A stretch of DNA of 64,000 bases from a virus, in the IMG/VR virus record IMGVR_UViG_3300031576_000032, positions 6,188 through 70,187 of that record. One strand, given 5' to 3'. Below the pieces are notes generated by a model. It ran no database searches. It saw only the letters and a program-made list of their open reading frames with translations, and was not told the DNA's origin. Positions 27,297-35,639 of the stretch are shown in pieces. Positions within the stretch are counted from its first letter, which is position 1. Every line of letters starts with the position of its first letter. Both the position numbers and the translations under genes were made by a program.

Positions 27297-27619
27297 GCAT
27301 CACATGCATCGGACGTTCTCATTAAAGTCGTTCTTCCGATGCCGCGGTAAGGTATTGCCAGGGTGGACGTTACGGATTTTGGCATCACATGGCATCGGGT
27401 CGGTTGGTTCGTCCGATGCTTACCAAAGCCGTAAAAACAAACGACTTAGAGGTCGAAAACTTACCACTGCCCCTTATATACAGTTTTTTTCAAGATTGAT
27501 TTTGAAACCAATTTCTGCACCTCTAGGACCGATGCATGTGATGCTTTCGTTTACCTGTAACGACTTAGATGGCATCACATCGGCTTCATATGGTACGTCT
27601 CATGTGATGCATGTGATGC
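27297..27619. repeat. Six copies of GCATCACAT in mixed orientation; candidate origin or packaging-protein binding sites
   Basis: Plus copies at 27297, 27382, 27572; minus copies at 27536, 27602, 27611; non-coding region between divergent units. Confidence 0.75.
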
Positions 27620-27828
27620 CTTACCCCTCCTGCGATATAGACCAAAAGAAAGAATGAAACGAAGTTGGCTCCAGCCTCCTTATAAGGAAGTGGTAAGAAA
27701 TTGGGCGGTTCTCCCTGTAGAGGAGTATATGGCTAGAAGGGCGTTCTTTCCCCTGGTTTATGGGAGGGCTATCATTTGGTTGTAAGAGCATGGATCGAGA
27801 AGCCAGAACCTGTATAATGAATTTTGAT

Positions 27829-28455
27829 ATGCGAAAGCCTACTGGAAAGCCGGTTGGGGGGGCCAACAATGTAGCTACGTTGGATAGGCCTGATGTGAGA
27901 ACCAGGAAGCCAGGAGCGGTGCGCGATCGCGTGAACGCGGGGTTCAAGTTCCCTGGAGGTTGGCGTCCCGGCATCGACGAACCTGCCGTGACATTGAAGA
28001 AAGCGATTTCCTTCCTGTCCTCCCTTCATGATAACGGGGGAATCGTTGATCGGGCTTGTAGAGAAGCTGGAATAACGAGGACCGCGGCTTATAGGTATCG
28101 AGACGAGGACCCAGAGTTCACTGCTGCTTGGGACAAGTGCGTTGATCGAGGGATCGACGTCCTCGAGGATGAATGCAAGAACCGTGCGCTGAACGGTGTC
28201 GCGGAGCCCGTGTTTTATCAGGGAGTTATCTGCGGTCACGTCCAGAGATACTCGGATGGGATGTTGATGAAGCTCCTGGCTGCTCATCGCGCAAAATATC
28301 GTGACCGCTCCGAGATCTCCGGCCCAAACGGTGGCCCGATTGCGATGGCTATCCAGATGTATATTCCCGAGAACAAGCGCGACCCGCTTCTCGAGGTTGA
28401 AATCGAGGAACAAAATCGCGTAATCTCGGACCGCGAACAAAATTCGCAAGAATAA
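27829..28455 (+). CDS. terS: Terminase small subunit
   Basis: HTH ACREAGITRTAAYRYR..DPEFTAAWD; EPVFYQG..RYSDGMLMKLL; EISGPNGGPI; start uncertain. Confidence 0.8.
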   Translation: MRKPTGKPVGGANNVATLDRPDVRTRKPGAVRDRVNAGFKFPGGWRPGIDEPAVTLKKAISFLSSLHDNGGIVDRACREAGITRTAAYRYRDEDPEFTAAWDKCVDRGIDVLEDECKNRALNGVAEPVFYQGVICGHVQRYSDGMLMKLLAAHRAKYRDRSEISGPNGGPIAMAIQMYIPENKRDPLLEVEIEEQNRVISDREQNSQE

Positions 28456-28577
28456 TCCCCTAGAAATCCTGCGCATATCTCCGCTGGCAGATGGCTTTTC
28501 TCTAGGTTCTAGGCTAGATCTCTGGGGTCCTACGAGGTTTTCGAGTACTGTTAGCGCTCGGTCCAAGGCCTAAGAAA

Positions 28578-28609
28578 AAGCCCGTTGGGTATATATACCC
28601 AACGGGCTT
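28578..28609. terminator. Intrinsic terminator between convergent terS and early genes
   Basis: Perfect palindrome AAGCCCGTTGGGTATATATACCCAACGGGCTT with A-tract on the left. Confidence 0.75.
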
Positions 28610-28614
28610 CGTGG

Positions 28615-28869
28615 TTATCGGCCGTTCCTACCGTGGTCGTAGGCCGCGTGGTCGATGAATCGGGCGAGGTTGTTAAGCGCGACGATCGCGGCTTCGACGT
28701 CCCACTCCGCGGTGTTCCGAGCGAGGATGTTGTAGATGAACTCGAGGTTGTCCCGAGCGATCTTGGGGTTAGAGAGGTTCTTGATCTCAACATTTTCGGC
28801 GTTTTGGATCATCGTGTCGATCTCGGCGATCGTTTCGTAGTATTCGGTTTCGGTTTTCCTGGACTTCAT
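28615..28869 (-). CDS. Hypothetical early protein
   Basis: AAGGAG RBS, ATG. Confidence 0.65.
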   Translation of the reverse strand: MKSRKTETEYYETIAEIDTMIQNAENVEIKNLSNPKIARDNLEFIYNILARNTAEWDVEAAIVALNNLARFIDHAAYDHGRNGR

Positions 28870-28934
28870 CTTTTCTCCTTAGGAAAGAAGGAACGCGGAC
28901 CGAGAATCCTCGGCCCGCGTTTTGGTTTGCTTTG

Positions 28935-29321
28935 CTACGCGTTTACCGTCGCGAGATCCTTGACGTCGGCGACGACGACTCCGTCTTCGACGAGTGTCCA
29001 CGTCTTCGTCGACCGGTCGTAGGTCGTCGCGACGAACGCTTCGCCCTTCGACCTCATCTTGTTGCGCATGATTCCAAATGCGACCCGGACGTTTGCTTCG
29101 TCGAACCCTGAAGCCTTGACCGCGTCGGCGAGGGTGAGGGACTTCCGCTCCCGGATCGCGGCGCGGAGGCGTCCGTACTTCGTGACGCGGGGCGGCTTTG
29201 GAACCTTTGGGGCCTTCGCCTTAGACTCCGTCGTCGGCGCGTTGGCCGTGATGTTGGCGCTCGCGTCGCGTCCGGAGACGCCGCGGGCGATCTTCCTTAC
29301 TTTGGCCTTGTGCTTCGACAT
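28935..29321 (-). CDS. Basic winged-helix-like early protein, paralogue of 31901-32263
   Basis: 48/67 identical residues to 31901-32263 in the core (hand alignment); own promoter. Confidence 0.75.
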   Translation of the reverse strand: MSKHKAKVRKIARGVSGRDASANITANAPTTESKAKAPKVPKPPRVTKYGRLRAAIRERKSLTLADAVKASGFDEANVRVAFGIMRNKMRSKGEAFVATTYDRSTKTWTLVEDGVVVADVKDLATVNA

Positions 29322-29394
29322 TTTTGAATCCTTCGTTCTCGGCCTCGGTCCGCGTCGGGGAGTTTCCTCGACCGCGTCCGATCCGAACAAAAGA

Positions 29395-29452
29395 ATAATA
29401 CCATCTCCGATACCGCTTTGTAAATACCTATTTTACGACTAATGAAAATAAG
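29395..29452 (-). promoter_or_regulatory. Early promoter with conserved upstream box
   Basis: TTTACA-N18-TATTAT plus CTAATGAAAATAAG box (also at 30455 and 31070). Confidence 0.7.
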
Positions 29453-29617
29453 AATTGCGGGGCAGCGCTCCGAGGAGGCCTAGGGAAAGGCTTAGGAATC
29501 CTGCGCATGTTGCGCTAGGCCGGAGGCGCTCGGACCGAGTACTGTTAGCGCTCAGACCGAGCGACGTGGGAGATGCAACAAAGAACTCCCGGCCGGTTAG
29601 GGCTGAGGGTTCGTTGG

Positions 29618-29938
29618 TTAAAGGTATTTTTCGAAGTCGACGGGTTCGTTGATCGTTGTGAAGATTGATTGGATCAACCAATTTGTTCGCGATTCGACTT
29701 CGATGATGTGGACCGTGCTGTTGTGGTCGTCGTTAGGGAACGGTGCGTCGAGGTTCTCGTGAGTGTTGATGAACTCCGCGATTTTTTCGAGCGCCGCGTT
29801 AGAGTACTCGAGGAGCCCGGTGATGACTTCGTTGCCTTTGTCGATTCGGTCGTCGTAGATATCGACGATTCCTTCGGCGGTGCCGAATGCGTAGTTCATG
29901 ATTTTGTTTTGGAGTTCCCGACGTTGTTCGTTAGTCAT
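29618..29938 (-). CDS. Acidic hypothetical early protein
   Basis: AACGGAGGAAACAACGATG leader identical to that of the next gene. Confidence 0.7.
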   Translation of the reverse strand: MTNEQRRELQNKIMNYAFGTAEGIVDIYDDRIDKGNEVITGLLEYSNAALEKIAEFINTHENLDAPFPNDDHNSTVHIIEVESRTNWLIQSIFTTINEPVDFEKYL

Positions 29939-30007
29939 CGTTGTTTCCTCCGTTCGGCCCTAACCGGCCGATTCATTACTCGGCCGGTTAGGGCCGAGGG
30001 TTTTGGG

Positions 30008-30343
30008 TTAAGCTGAAAGCGCGAGCGCGACGATTGTCGTTAGGATCGCGCGGTATCGGATTTTCCAAATCTCCATTCTAAGCCCGTCGTGCGCGTGGTC
30101 GAAGTCGATATCGGCCGCGCCGACGAACTCGTAGAAAGTTCTCCCGTTGATTGAGTGTTCGACGATCCGAGGAAATTGATCCAAGAACGAAGCGACCCGT
30201 TCGAGATCCGGAATCGAAAGATGTTTTGTAACTTCGTTGATCGGGTGATCGTCGTCGGCTTCGCAAAACTCAGGATTTAGCGACGATCCGATTTTCCAAA
30301 TTGCGTTCCACCGAAGCCGTTTGGTTTCGTCGTTAGGTTCCAT
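30008..30343 (-). CDS. Hypothetical early protein
   Basis: AACGGAGGAAACAACGATG leader. Confidence 0.7.
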   Translation of the reverse strand: MEPNDETKRLRWNAIWKIGSSLNPEFCEADDDHPINEVTKHLSIPDLERVASFLDQFPRIVEHSINGRTFYEFVGAADIDFDHAHDGLRMEIWKIRYRAILTTIVALALSA

Positions 30344-30411
30344 CGTTGTTTCCTCCGTTGACCCGTTCCCGTCGTCCGGTATATCCCGGAGCGGACGGAC
30401 CGATCGGTAAA

Positions 30412-30468
30412 ATCGTACGATCTTTTGCGATCTTTGTAAATACTAAAGACGGCACTAATGAAAATAAG
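30412..30468 (-). promoter_or_regulatory. Early promoter with conserved upstream box
   Basis: TTTACA-N17-TACGAT plus CTAATGAAAATAAG. Confidence 0.7.
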
Positions 30469-30673
30469 AATTGCGAGGCTATTTTCCGAGGTAGATGAGG
30501 CCTCAAAAAAGGTCTGGGAAAACTGCGCAATGGAGGTAGAAGAGATCGCTTGTGGCGTAGCCTGTTAGCGCTAATCGGCGTGGGGCGGGAGAGACCACAA
30601 AAAGACCCCGTCCGTTTTCGGGCGGGGTCCGTAGTTTCTATCGGGGCGGCGCGTTCGTTTCGAAGTCCCAAAT

Positions 30674-30958
30674 CTACCGTTCCGGTTCGAGACCAAACGC
30701 GGTTCGGATTAGGTCGCTTCGCCGTTGGAGTTCTTCGAGCGCCTCGGAATCGTTATCGTCGGCGCGTTCCGCAAGAAGATCGTTCGTCGTTTCCGGAACC
30801 GAGGCGGCTACGGAGATTACCCGGTCCCGTTCGAGGGTCTCGGGGAAATCGTCGTGACCTAATCCGAGATTCCCGAACCCGATCCGAGCACCGCAAATAA
30901 AATCGGCGATCCGATCGAGGGCCCTATTGAGTTCTTCGTCGTTTTCGTCGTAGATCAT
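30674..30958 (-). CDS. Acidic hypothetical early protein
   Basis: AAGGGGG RBS; own promoter and downstream hairpin. Confidence 0.7.
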   Translation of the reverse strand: MIYDENDEELNRALDRIADFICGARIGFGNLGLGHDDFPETLERDRVISVAASVPETTNDLLAERADDNDSEALEELQRRSDLIRTAFGLEPER

Positions 30959-31026
30959 CGTTGCCCCCTTCGTAGATCCGGTTTCGGTTCGTCGGTCGTT
31001 CCGAAGACACCGTACCGATCGGAATA

Positions 31027-31083
31027 ACGATACGACGTTTAGTCATCTTTGTAAATACTAAAGATCGCGCTAATGAAAATAAG
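31027..31083 (-). promoter_or_regulatory. Early promoter with conserved upstream box
   Basis: TTTACA-N17-TATCGT plus CTAATGAAAATAAG. Confidence 0.6.
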
Positions 31084-31094
31084 TATTGGGGGGC

Positions 31095-31314
31095 TGCGCA
31101 AGGTCTTCTAGGAATGAACGGAGGAATCTCCGTAGGTAGGAAAGCGTACTAAATTGCGCTGAATGAACTGCGCAATCTCCGTAGGTAGGGAGCGGAGAGA
31201 ACTGCGCAATTAGGCCTAAAATAGATCGCAAAAAACTGCGCAAAAGATTGCGCAAATAGGTAGCGAAGGGAGAAGAGAAAGTTGCGCAGGAAGGAGAGCG
31301 AAAGAAATTGCGCA
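31095..31314. repeat. Cluster of seven TGCGCA palindromes plus AATCTCCGTAGGTAGG direct repeat
   Basis: TGCGCA at 31095, 31169, 31203, 31237, 31249, 31283, 31309. Confidence 0.85.
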
Positions 31315-31549
31315 ATGAGCGCTAGAATGAGCGAAGGCGAGCCGGGGGGAGCGGAGCGCGCGCCGAGGCCGACGGAGCGAAGCGTTGCGGGAGGACGTGC
31401 CGAGGCGAGGCGAGGCGAGGCGAGCGGATGCGTGGAATGGGCGATGGAGCGCGGTAGGCCGAGGTTTAGGGGGTGCGGATCGGCCCCCGATATTCCGGGG
31501 GCCGATACCGCCCGACGGGGGCCGATCGGCCCCCGTCGTTCCGTCCCGT

Positions 31550-31768
31550 TTACCGGTCGCCGGGCGTTCGGATCGTCCGGGCGAACCGATCGTATTCCCG
31601 CCCCGTCCGAACGTCGAAAAACCGTCCGTCGCGGATCGCGATCGTCGCGTCCGAATCGTCGTCGTCGTTCGCGTCCACCGTCGGAATCGCGAACGTCGTT
31701 CCGGCGAATAAATCGCCGAACGCGATTCCGTCGTCGTCGTACCGCGCACCCCCGTTATTTCGTTCCAC
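31550..31768 (-). CDS. 72-aa acidic early protein in the AG/CT-free island
   Basis: GGGGG RBS, GTG start, TAA stop, followed by hairpin ACGGGGGCCGATCGGCCCCCGT. Confidence 0.6.
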   Translation of the reverse strand: MERNNGGARYDDDGIAFGDLFAGTTFAIPTVDANDDDDSDATIAIRDGRFFDVRTGREYDRFARTIRTPGDR

Positions 31769-31900
31769 CGTATAACCCCCGGATCGGCGGATCGGCGCGG
31801 GGGGAATCCCCGCCGTCGTCCCCGGTCCCCCGATCGTCCGACGCGCGGGCGATCGGGGGACCGTCCCGCCCCGTACGGGGCGGGATCGGTCGCGTTCGGG

Positions 31901-32263
31901 TTATCGGACGATCGCGTCCGCCGGTTCGGTCGAATCGACCGATTCGATACCGTCCGCGTCGCGGACGATCGTATACGTTTTCGTCGCGCGGTCGTACGTC
32001 GTCGCGACGTAATTCGCGCCGCGCGACCGAACCGGATTCCGTAAAATCGCGAACGCGACGCGGACGTTATTCGCGTCGAACCCGGACGCGACGATCGCGT
32101 CCGCGATCGTAATCGAACCCCGTTCCCGGATCGCCGCGCGTAACCGTCCGTATTTCGTCGCCCGGATCGGTCGTTCCGCCGCGTTCGCGTTTTCGTTCGC
32201 GACGACCGAATCCGCCGCGTTTCCCGTCGTCCCCGCCCCGTCGTTCCGTTTCGTTTTCGACAC
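31901..32263 (-). CDS. Winged-helix-like early protein, recoded paralogue of 28935-29321
   Basis: Clear paralogy; GGGGGA RBS, GTG start, TAA stop, downstream hairpin TCCCGCCCCGTACGGGGCGGGA. Confidence 0.8.
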   Translation of the reverse strand: MSKTKRNDGAGTTGNAADSVVANENANAAERPIRATKYGRLRAAIRERGSITIADAIVASGFDANNVRVAFAILRNPVRSRGANYVATTYDRATKTYTIVRDADGIESVDSTEPADAIVR

Positions 32264-32331
32264 CGGATTATCCCCCGTCCGATCCCGTCGCGTCGGGGTG
32301 GATTCCCCGCCCGCGCGTTCCGAACGACCGA

Positions 32332-32394
32332 ATTATACGATATTCCGCGTCGGGTGTAAACGTAAATCGTATCGGTTTCGGCCCCCGGTGTAAA
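32332..32394 (-). promoter_or_regulatory. Two tandem near-consensus sigma70 promoters
   Basis: TTTACA-N17-TATAAT (32360-32332) and TTTACA-N17-TACGAT (32394-32366). Confidence 0.8.
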
Positions 32395-32617
32395 ATAATC
32401 GGAACGTCCGTATACCGTTTCGATCCGGGGACACCCCCGGCGATCCCGTCGCGTCGTTTCGGCGGGCCGGTGCCCGTCCGACGGTTTCCGACGCGCGCGG
32501 AACGGCGGCAAGCGCCTCGGAAGAATTTCTAGGTTCCTGGATCCAGAGTCTCTATAGCTATTCCCATCTTCCTCGTTTACATTTTTCCCCAATCCGTGGT
32601 ACACGTTTAATCCACAC

Positions 32618-34051
32618 ATGCCTCTCACAACCGCAACAAAACTCCCCCCACGCCAATCCCAACATCCAACTCAGTTAGAAATCCGCCCCCAACCCGGCCC
32701 ACAAGAAGCTTTCCTGGCTACGTCCGCCGACATCGCTATATATGGCGGCGCGGCCGGGGCGGGCAAAACGTGGGCCTTGCTGATGGAACCGTTAAGACAT
32801 TTCCATCGAAAAGGCTTCGGCGCAGTCTTCTTCCGCCGCACGTCCCCCCAAATCACGGTCGAGGGCGGAATCTGGGACACCTCGGAAAAATTGTATCCCC
32901 TGGTCGGCGGTGTCCCGAAGTCAACCCTCGAATGGAACTTCCCAAGCGGCGTCACCTTCAGCATGTATCACATGGAACACGAGAAAGACCGTTTCAACTT
33001 CGACTCTAGCCAAATCCCGTTCATAGGATTCGACCAGCTCGAATCGTTCACGAAGAAACAGTTCTTCTACATGCTGTCTCGAAATCGTAGCACCTGTGGC
33101 GTCCGGCCTTACATACGCGGAACGTGTAACCCGGACCCCGATTCATTCCTTCGTCCTCTCCTGGAATGGTGGCTCGATAACGACACGGGCCTTCCGATTC
33201 TTTCCCGGTCCGGCATCCTTCGATGGATGGTCGTTCGTGACGACGTCGCTCATTGGGGTTTTTCGAAGGATGAGATGATGTCTCGTTTCGAAAATTCCCG
33301 GCCGTTGTCGTTCACGTTTATTCCAGGGAAACTTCAAGACAATCCGATCCTTATGGAAGAGGACCCGGATTACCTTGCGAAATTGGAAGCTCTTCTCCCT
33401 GTAGAAAAGCAGAGACTGTTGTATGGAAACTGGAACGCCCGCGAAACGGCCGGGACATTCTTCCGGAGAGAGTGGCTTGACGGAAAGTTCGTCGAGCCGC
33501 GCGACGTCCCAAAACAGTTCGATGCCGTCGCCCGGTACTGGGACCGCGCCGCGACAGCCGAGGAACGAGGAAAACGGAAGAAGGGTTCGGCGACCGCTAG
33601 CGTAAAAATCGGGCGGACCGGGAAAATAGGTTCGGCGGACGTCAAATTCTATGTCCTCGACGTTACGAACTTCTGGAAAGACCCGCAGGGTGTCCGCGCC
33701 GCGATTAAGGTAACGGCCGAAACCGACGGGCACGCCGTTACGCAATGGGCGGAGCAGGACCCGGGGCAAGCCGGAAAGTTCGAAGCGGAGGATCTCGTCC
33801 GAATCCTTATCGGACTCGGATTCTCTGCGAGAGCAAATAATGTTCGCGAATCGAAGGGGACGAGGTATAAGGTATTCGCCGACGCGGCCCAAGCGGGGAT
33901 GGTGTACGTAGTCAAAGCCCCATGGAACGAGCCGTGGATACGGCAACAAGAGAACTTCGACGGGACCGACGCGTGTAAGTCGGACATGGCCGACTCGACG
34001 TCCGGGGCGATTTTCGCAGTCGGAAAAACTAAGCGGTCGGGAACGTGGTAG
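32618..34051 (+). CDS. terL: Terminase large subunit
   Basis: PQPGPQEAF..YGGAAGAGKT, IGFDQLE Walker B variant, GTCNP, RYWDRAA, EQDPGQAGK, DMADS nuclease motif. Confidence 0.95.
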   Translation: MPLTTATKLPPRQSQHPTQLEIRPQPGPQEAFLATSADIAIYGGAAGAGKTWALLMEPLRHFHRKGFGAVFFRRTSPQITVEGGIWDTSEKLYPLVGGVPKSTLEWNFPSGVTFSMYHMEHEKDRFNFDSSQIPFIGFDQLESFTKKQFFYMLSRNRSTCGVRPYIRGTCNPDPDSFLRPLLEWWLDNDTGLPILSRSGILRWMVVRDDVAHWGFSKDEMMSRFENSRPLSFTFIPGKLQDNPILMEEDPDYLAKLEALLPVEKQRLLYGNWNARETAGTFFRREWLDGKFVEPRDVPKQFDAVARYWDRAATAEERGKRKKGSATASVKIGRTGKIGSADVKFYVLDVTNFWKDPQGVRAAIKVTAETDGHAVTQWAEQDPGQAGKFEAEDLVRILIGLGFSARANNVRESKGTRYKVFADAAQAGMVYVVKAPWNEPWIRQQENFDGTDACKSDMADSTSGAIFAVGKTKRSGTW

Positions 34052-34121
34052 CCGAAGGCTACTTCGTTACCGACCGGGCATGACGAGCGAAGCGAGTCAG
34101 GCAGGCGGCCGGAGGTAGGAA

Positions 34122-35636
34122 ATGCCTCGAGGAAAAACGAAGGAAGTCGTAAACGCCGTATCGACGAAGGACGGCGTCCGTGTCGAGTCCGGCGGACGGC
34201 TTACGAAACGCGAAGCGAAAGCGATGATCGTCGCGATGGACGCGTTTGGCCGGATGGAAGTCGCGCGGCGGATCGGGAAGTCGTACGACGGAGCGCGCGA
34301 CGAGTACGAGGCTCTTGGTTATCCTCCAGCTCTAGAATTCCGTGACTTTCGCGAGCGGTATAAGCGCGGCGATATCTCAAAAGCAATCATTGATGCGCCC
34401 GCGCGAGCGTCGTGGGAGAAGCCGCCGGGAATCGTTGAACGCGACCTTCCGCCGGGGCACAAGAAGACGATTTTCGAGAAGCAAGTCGAACTCTTGTCCC
34501 AACGGTTGAAGCTCCCGTCGTACTTTTCGCGGGCAGATCGGATGGCGTCACTCGGACGGTTCTCCGGGATCTTCCTTGGTTTCGACAAAAAGGGCGGTCC
34601 CCCTGGAATGCCGGTCGCGACGAAAACGAATCGCGACCTTCTGTATGTGATGCCGTACACCGAAGGCGATCTCAAAATCTCGACTTACGTTGAGAACACC
34701 GGAGACGCGCGGTACGCGCTCCCTTTAATGTACCGGATCGCGAAACGGAATCCGAACGGCGCACCTTCGCCATTTACAGTTCATTGGTCTCGGATTATCC
34801 ACATCGTCGAAGACCGATTCGAGGACGAGTCCGAAGGGACGCCGAAACTTGAGGCCCCCTGGAATCGGTTGATGGACATTGATAAGGTCCTTGGGGCGTC
34901 GGCGGAAGGATTTTGGCGGGCGGGTTTTCCGGGTTACGCGTTCAAAGCTGACGCCGACAGCGAATTTGGGGCGCAGGATAAGGCGGACCTCGAGGACCAA
35001 ATCCTACGATACATGCACGGTTTCCAGCGGTATCTCAGAACAAAAGGGATCACGGTCGAGGGGATGCAACAGCAGATCGCCGACCCGACGAATATCGTCT
35101 CGACAGAGATGAATATGGTCGCGGGGTCGGTTCGGATTCCGAAACGAATCATGATGGGGTCCGAGCGGGGCGAGATGTCGTCGAAGCAGGATGATGAACA
35201 CTGGAACGATATCATCGGCGAACGGCAACTCGAGTTTTGTGAACCGGAAATCGTCCGCCAGTTCTGGGATCGGATGATCGACTACCGGGTAGTAAGGAAG
35301 CCGTCGACGGGGGAATACGATGTCGTCTGGCCCGATCGTTCGGTTGTTTCGGAATCCGATGCCGCAAACGTCGGCGTTCGTAGGTCTGTCGCGCTCCGGA
35401 ACTATATCGAAGGTGGGATCTCGCGCGTGATGCCGGCGAAGACGTTCATGGCGATCGTGATGGGTCTTGCGAAAGGACAGATCGATTCGGTCGAGATCGA
35501 AGCCGAGAAGATTCTTGCGGACCACAACGCCGCGGCCGACGAACCGAAGGCCCCGGCCGTCGGGGGATCGGTTCCCCCTGGAGGACGTCCGGAGAACCAG
35601 GGAAACAAAGAAGTCAAAAAGCTAGAAGGGAGCTAG
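34122..35636 (+). CDS. Portal protein (DUF1073-like)
   Basis: Follows terL; RYKRGDISKAIIDAP, VHWSRIIH, IPKRIMMGSERGEMSS..D. Confidence 0.85.
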   Translation: MPRGKTKEVVNAVSTKDGVRVESGGRLTKREAKAMIVAMDAFGRMEVARRIGKSYDGARDEYEALGYPPALEFRDFRERYKRGDISKAIIDAPARASWEKPPGIVERDLPPGHKKTIFEKQVELLSQRLKLPSYFSRADRMASLGRFSGIFLGFDKKGGPPGMPVATKTNRDLLYVMPYTEGDLKISTYVENTGDARYALPLMYRIAKRNPNGAPSPFTVHWSRIIHIVEDRFEDESEGTPKLEAPWNRLMDIDKVLGASAEGFWRAGFPGYAFKADADSEFGAQDKADLEDQILRYMHGFQRYLRTKGITVEGMQQQIADPTNIVSTEMNMVAGSVRIPKRIMMGSERGEMSSKQDDEHWNDIIGERQLEFCEPEIVRQFWDRMIDYRVVRKPSTGEYDVVWPDRSVVSESDAANVGVRRSVALRNYIEGGISRVMPAKTFMAIVMGLAKGQIDSVEIEAEKILADHNAAADEPKAPAVGGSVPPGGRPENQGNKEVKKLEGS

Positions 35637-35639
35637 AAA

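Larger units (their letters stand above)
31470..32508. other. AG/CT-free, TG/CA-restricted sequence island
   Basis: Line-by-line reading: no AG or CT; ten TG/CA, all within GGTG/CACC. Confidence 0.92.

Noticed and set aside
27112-27657. 181-aa plus-strand ORF over the repeat region
   Set aside because: No clear RBS, atypical composition, overlaps the repeat array; more likely non-coding
31216-32628. 470-aa minus-strand ORF and other long overlapping ORFs across the island
   Set aside because: TAG and TGA cannot occur where AG and TGA are absent, so long open frames are a by-product; the translation is Arg-rich without motifs and crosses promoters
34122-35636. Anti-CBASS Acb1 label sometimes attached to this family
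   Set aside because: Size and position after terL indicate portal; no pair of HxT/S phosphoesterase motifs recognised
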